A stretch of 49,340 nt of DNA, taken from positions 1 through 49,340 of the forward strand of contig JBBTRH010000006.1 in assembly GCA_038065275.1 (NCBI GenBank), read 5' to 3'. This DNA is from Patescibacteria group bacterium (lineage in GTDB: Bacteria; Patescibacteriota; Patescibacteriia; SBBC01; CAIJZX01). The notes under the pieces are model-generated. The model did not search any database and was not told the DNA's origin. It worked only from the letters and a program-made list of their open reading frames with translations. A program made the translations under genes and the position numbers. This document shows positions 47,615-49,340 of this stretch, piece after piece; within the stretch, counting starts at the first letter, position 1, and each line of letters opens with the position of its first letter.

Positions 47615-47689
47615 GCCCACGTAGCTCAGTGGTAGAGCAGCTCCATGGTAAGGAGCAGGTCCGCGGTTCAAGCCCGCGCGTGGGCTCCA
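47615..47689 (+). tRNA. tRNA-Thr(GGT), intact
   Basis: GCCCACG/CGTGGGC acceptor, GCTCC-atGGTaa-GGAGC, TTCAAGC T loop, encoded CCA. Confidence 0.93.
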
Positions 47690-47719
47690 GAAGCGGCGGG
47701 GTGAATGACACAACACTAT

Positions 47720-47800
47720 GCCTGTCCCGCACCCGAGTGGAACAAGTGGTGCGGGGGGCTAAGGAGTAGGTCCGCGGTTCAAATCCGCGCATAGGCTCCA
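47720..47800 (+). pseudogene. tRNA-Thr(GGT)-like remnant; D arm and 5' anticodon arm replaced by a CCCGCACC...GGTGCGGG palindrome
   Basis: 5' GCCTGT pairs with 3' ATAGGC; intact 3' half taaggagtaggtccgcggttcaaatccgcgcataggctcca (47760-47800). Confidence 0.8.
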
Positions 47801-47842
47801 CGTTTCTCGCAACAACACTTTCAGGCTAAGTCACAGATGGTT

Positions 47843-47893
47843 TCCGGCAAAGCCGGATCCGGCTCCGCCGGACAAATCCGGTCATCGGCTCCA
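47843..47893 (+). pseudogene. 30-bp GGATCC palindrome fused to a tRNA-Thr-like 3' end
   Basis: tccggcaaagccggatccggctccgccgga + caaatccggtcatcggctcca. Confidence 0.7.
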
Positions 47894-47918
47894 CGTTTTC
47901 CGAAGAACAGTACATCAT

Positions 47919-48127
47919 GGGTCGGTAGCGAAGTGGTCATCCCGCACCACTTTCCTTCACAATATTATTGAGTAATCTGCATTTACGGGCAGGTGACGGA
48001 GCGGTCAATCGTACCTGACTGTAAATCAGGCGGCCTCGTGCCTACGCAGGTTCGAATCCTGCCCTGCCCACCAGATTACTCTCTCATGAAGGAAAGTGGT
48101 GCGGGACGAATCCTGCCCGGCCCACCA
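47919..48127 (+). pseudogene. Outer split tRNA-Tyr (5' 47919-47939, 3' 48107-48127) enclosing an IR cassette
   Basis: GGGTCGG pairs with CCGGCCC-ACCA; 20-bp perfect IR at 47940-47959 / 48087-48106 forms the junctions. Confidence 0.85.
47987..48073 (+). tRNA. tRNA-Tyr(GTA), intact, nested
   Basis: GGGCAGG/CCTGCCC, CCTGA-ctGTAaa-TCAGG, long variable arm, ACCA. Confidence 0.95.
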
Positions 48128-48132
48128 AATAT

Positions 48133-48459
48133 ATGTACATCGTGTACATTTTACAAAGCGTCAAAACAGCCCGGTATTATATTGGACACTGTGAAGATTT
48201 GTCTGTACGCTTAAAGAAACACAACGCAGGTAAAGTTCGCTCAACGAAATCCGGGCGGCCCTGGAAAGTTGTTCGAACGAAAAAGTATCCTGCCCGTGCC
48301 GAAACATATAGGCGAGAGAGGCAGATAAAGTCCTATAAAGGCGGGAAGGCATTTAAATCGCCACTGACCGCCACCGCTTCGAGCGGGGTGTCGGCTGGTG
48401 CCTCCATAAATCAGGCGGCCTCGCGCCTTCGCAGGTTCTCCCGCCCATTCATAAGATAA
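48133..48459 (+). CDS. GIY-YIG nuclease (small, YhbQ-like); C-terminus reads into a tRNA remnant
   Basis: VYILQS...YYIG...RLKKHN.G...STK...RPW...RERQIKSYKGG. Confidence 0.85.
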   Translation: MYIVYILQSVKTARYYIGHCEDLSVRLKKHNAGKVRSTKSGRPWKVVRTKKYPARAETYRRERQIKSYKGGKAFKSPLTATASSGVSAGASINQAASRLRRFSRPFIR

Positions 48460-48511
48460 TAAACACTGGCGGGATCCCGCCGGAGGTAGGAGAATCCTGC
48501 CCTGCCCACCA
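48407..48511 (+). pseudogene. tRNA-Tyr 3' half with a 53-nt double-hairpin insertion in the T loop
   Basis: taaatcaggcggcctcgcgccttcgcaggttc-[tcccgcc...ggcgggatcccgccggaggtagga]-gaatcctgccctgcccacca. Confidence 0.85.
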
Positions 48512-48563
48512 CGAAGACGAAAACGAAAGAAAGTTGTGCTGGGTGAGAAATCCTGCCCCCCAG

Positions 48564-48798
48564 GCCTGAGTAGCTCAGCTGGCAGAGCAACGGTTTTATC
48601 CCGCCCCTGAGAATAGGATATAGTAGGCGGGATCATCGAAGTTCTTTCAAAATCTTGCCGGAGTAGCTCAGCGGTAGAGCAACGGTTTTGTAAACCGTAG
48701 GTCGGAGGTTCAAATCCTCTCTCCGGCTCCACCGGCAAGATTTTGGGAACTTCGGGATAAACCGTAGGTCGCCGGTTCGATCCCGGCCTCAGGCTCCA
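48564..48798 (+). pseudogene. Outer tRNA-Thr-type gene split in the anticodon (5' 48564-48597, 3' 48758-48798) by a 160-nt insert
   Basis: All four stems pair perfectly (GCCTGAG/CTCAGGC, GCTC/GAGC, ACGGT/ACCGT, GCCGG/CCGGC), TCCA end; only position 35 is replaced by the insert. Confidence 0.9.
48657..48731 (+). tRNA. tRNA-Thr(TGT), intact, nested
   Basis: GCCGGAG/CTCCGGC, ACGGT-ttTGTaa-ACCGT, TTCAAAT, TCCA. Confidence 0.95.
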
Positions 48799-48866
48799 GA
48801 GAAGTGTAAGTTAATTAAGTTGATTAGTTAATTAAGTTGTCAAAGTTGGTGGCCGGAAAGGAAATT

Positions 48867-49238
48867 ATGGCACAATCATTCTATGAACTTGATATTTGGA
48901 AGAACGGATACAAATTGGTTCTCAAAGTCTATCGCGCCACTGAACGCTTTCCGACTTCGGAAAGGTACGGTCTGATAGATCAGCTGAGGCGATCGGCCAA
49001 CGCAGTTATCGCCAATATCGCCGAAAGTCAAGGCCGGTACTCCTACAGTGATAAAATTCGCGTCCTCTACCAATCCCGCGGCGAGATATTTGAAACAAGA
49101 AGTCATCTCCAGGTCGCCCATGGTCTCGGATATTTTCCAGCCGAAGAATTCAAAAAATTAGATCAAGCGTATGAAGGCTTGCTAGTTGGACTCAACACAT
49201 ATATAAAGTATCTAGCCAAAGCCCGCACGACAAAATAA
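48867..49238 (+). CDS. Four-helix bundle protein (23S rRNA IVP-like / bAvd-like fold)
   Basis: FYELDIW...FPTSERYGLIDQLRRSA..V.ANIAES.GR...SRGE..ET; flanked by AT-rich TTAATTAA micro-repeats. Confidence 0.88.
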   Translation: MAQSFYELDIWKNGYKLVLKVYRATERFPTSERYGLIDQLRRSANAVIANIAESQGRYSYSDKIRVLYQSRGEIFETRSHLQVAHGLGYFPAEEFKKLDQAYEGLLVGLNTYIKYLAKARTTK

Positions 49239-49289
49239 CGAAAAACTTAATTAACTCAATTTCCTCAATTAACTCAATCAACAAACCCT

Positions 49290-49340
49290 ATGTCCCAAGA
49301 CAACCTGATCAAACTCCAGTGTACGGTGTGCAAGCACATC
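49290..49340 (+). CDS. rpmG: 50S ribosomal protein L33 (partial, runs off the window)
   Basis: MSQDNLIKLQCTVCKHI; CxxC; follows the tRNA-Thr/Tyr/Thr cluster. Confidence 0.8.
   Translation, partial: MSQDNLIKLQCTVCKHI

Noticed and set aside
47600-48800. CRISPR array or group I intron explanation for the repeated tRNA-like segments
   Set aside because: Repeats are tRNA fragments with irregular spacing and no cas genes are present. The inserts are too short and lack group I core elements, and the Thr insert does not end in G.

Overview
Chromosomal window of a small-genome bacterium, most likely Patescibacteria/CPR. This is inferred from the short EF-Ts, the MSQDNLIKL-type L33, the baseplate-J-like gene behind dnaE, DUF3048 and the apparently leaderless core genes. 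The backbone is housekeeping: UvrD/AddA-like helicase-nuclease, pheS-pheT, gyrB, secE-nusG-rplK-rplA, tmk-thyX, gatB, miaA, thrS, dnaE, rodA, rplY, prmC-prfA-rpmE, rpsB-tsf, tRNA-Thr/Tyr/Thr and rpmG. Four unusual layers sit on top of it. (1) A diversity-generating retroelement VR/TR pair (98 nt, 19 differences, all at TR adenines) has no reverse transcriptase or avd gene in the window. (2) Two intact tRNAs, Thr(TGT) and Tyr(GTA), each lie inside an inverted-repeat cassette that is itself inserted into a divergent tRNA gene of the same type. Further palindrome-interrupted tRNA remnants surround them. (3) Recoded duplicates of housekeeping-gene termini (gyrB 3' end, gatB promoter/5' end) bracket passenger genes. 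(4) A dense family of short palindromic elements with (T/C)CCCG...CGGG(A/G) or TCCGG...CCGGA ends lands in -35 boxes, start codons and tRNAs, and in frame inside PheT and GatB; other palindromes lie in frame in GyrB and MiaA. Two REP-associated tyrosine transposases and a GIY-YIG nuclease in the window are candidate enzymes. All calls come from reading the sequence by eye; no database searches were run.
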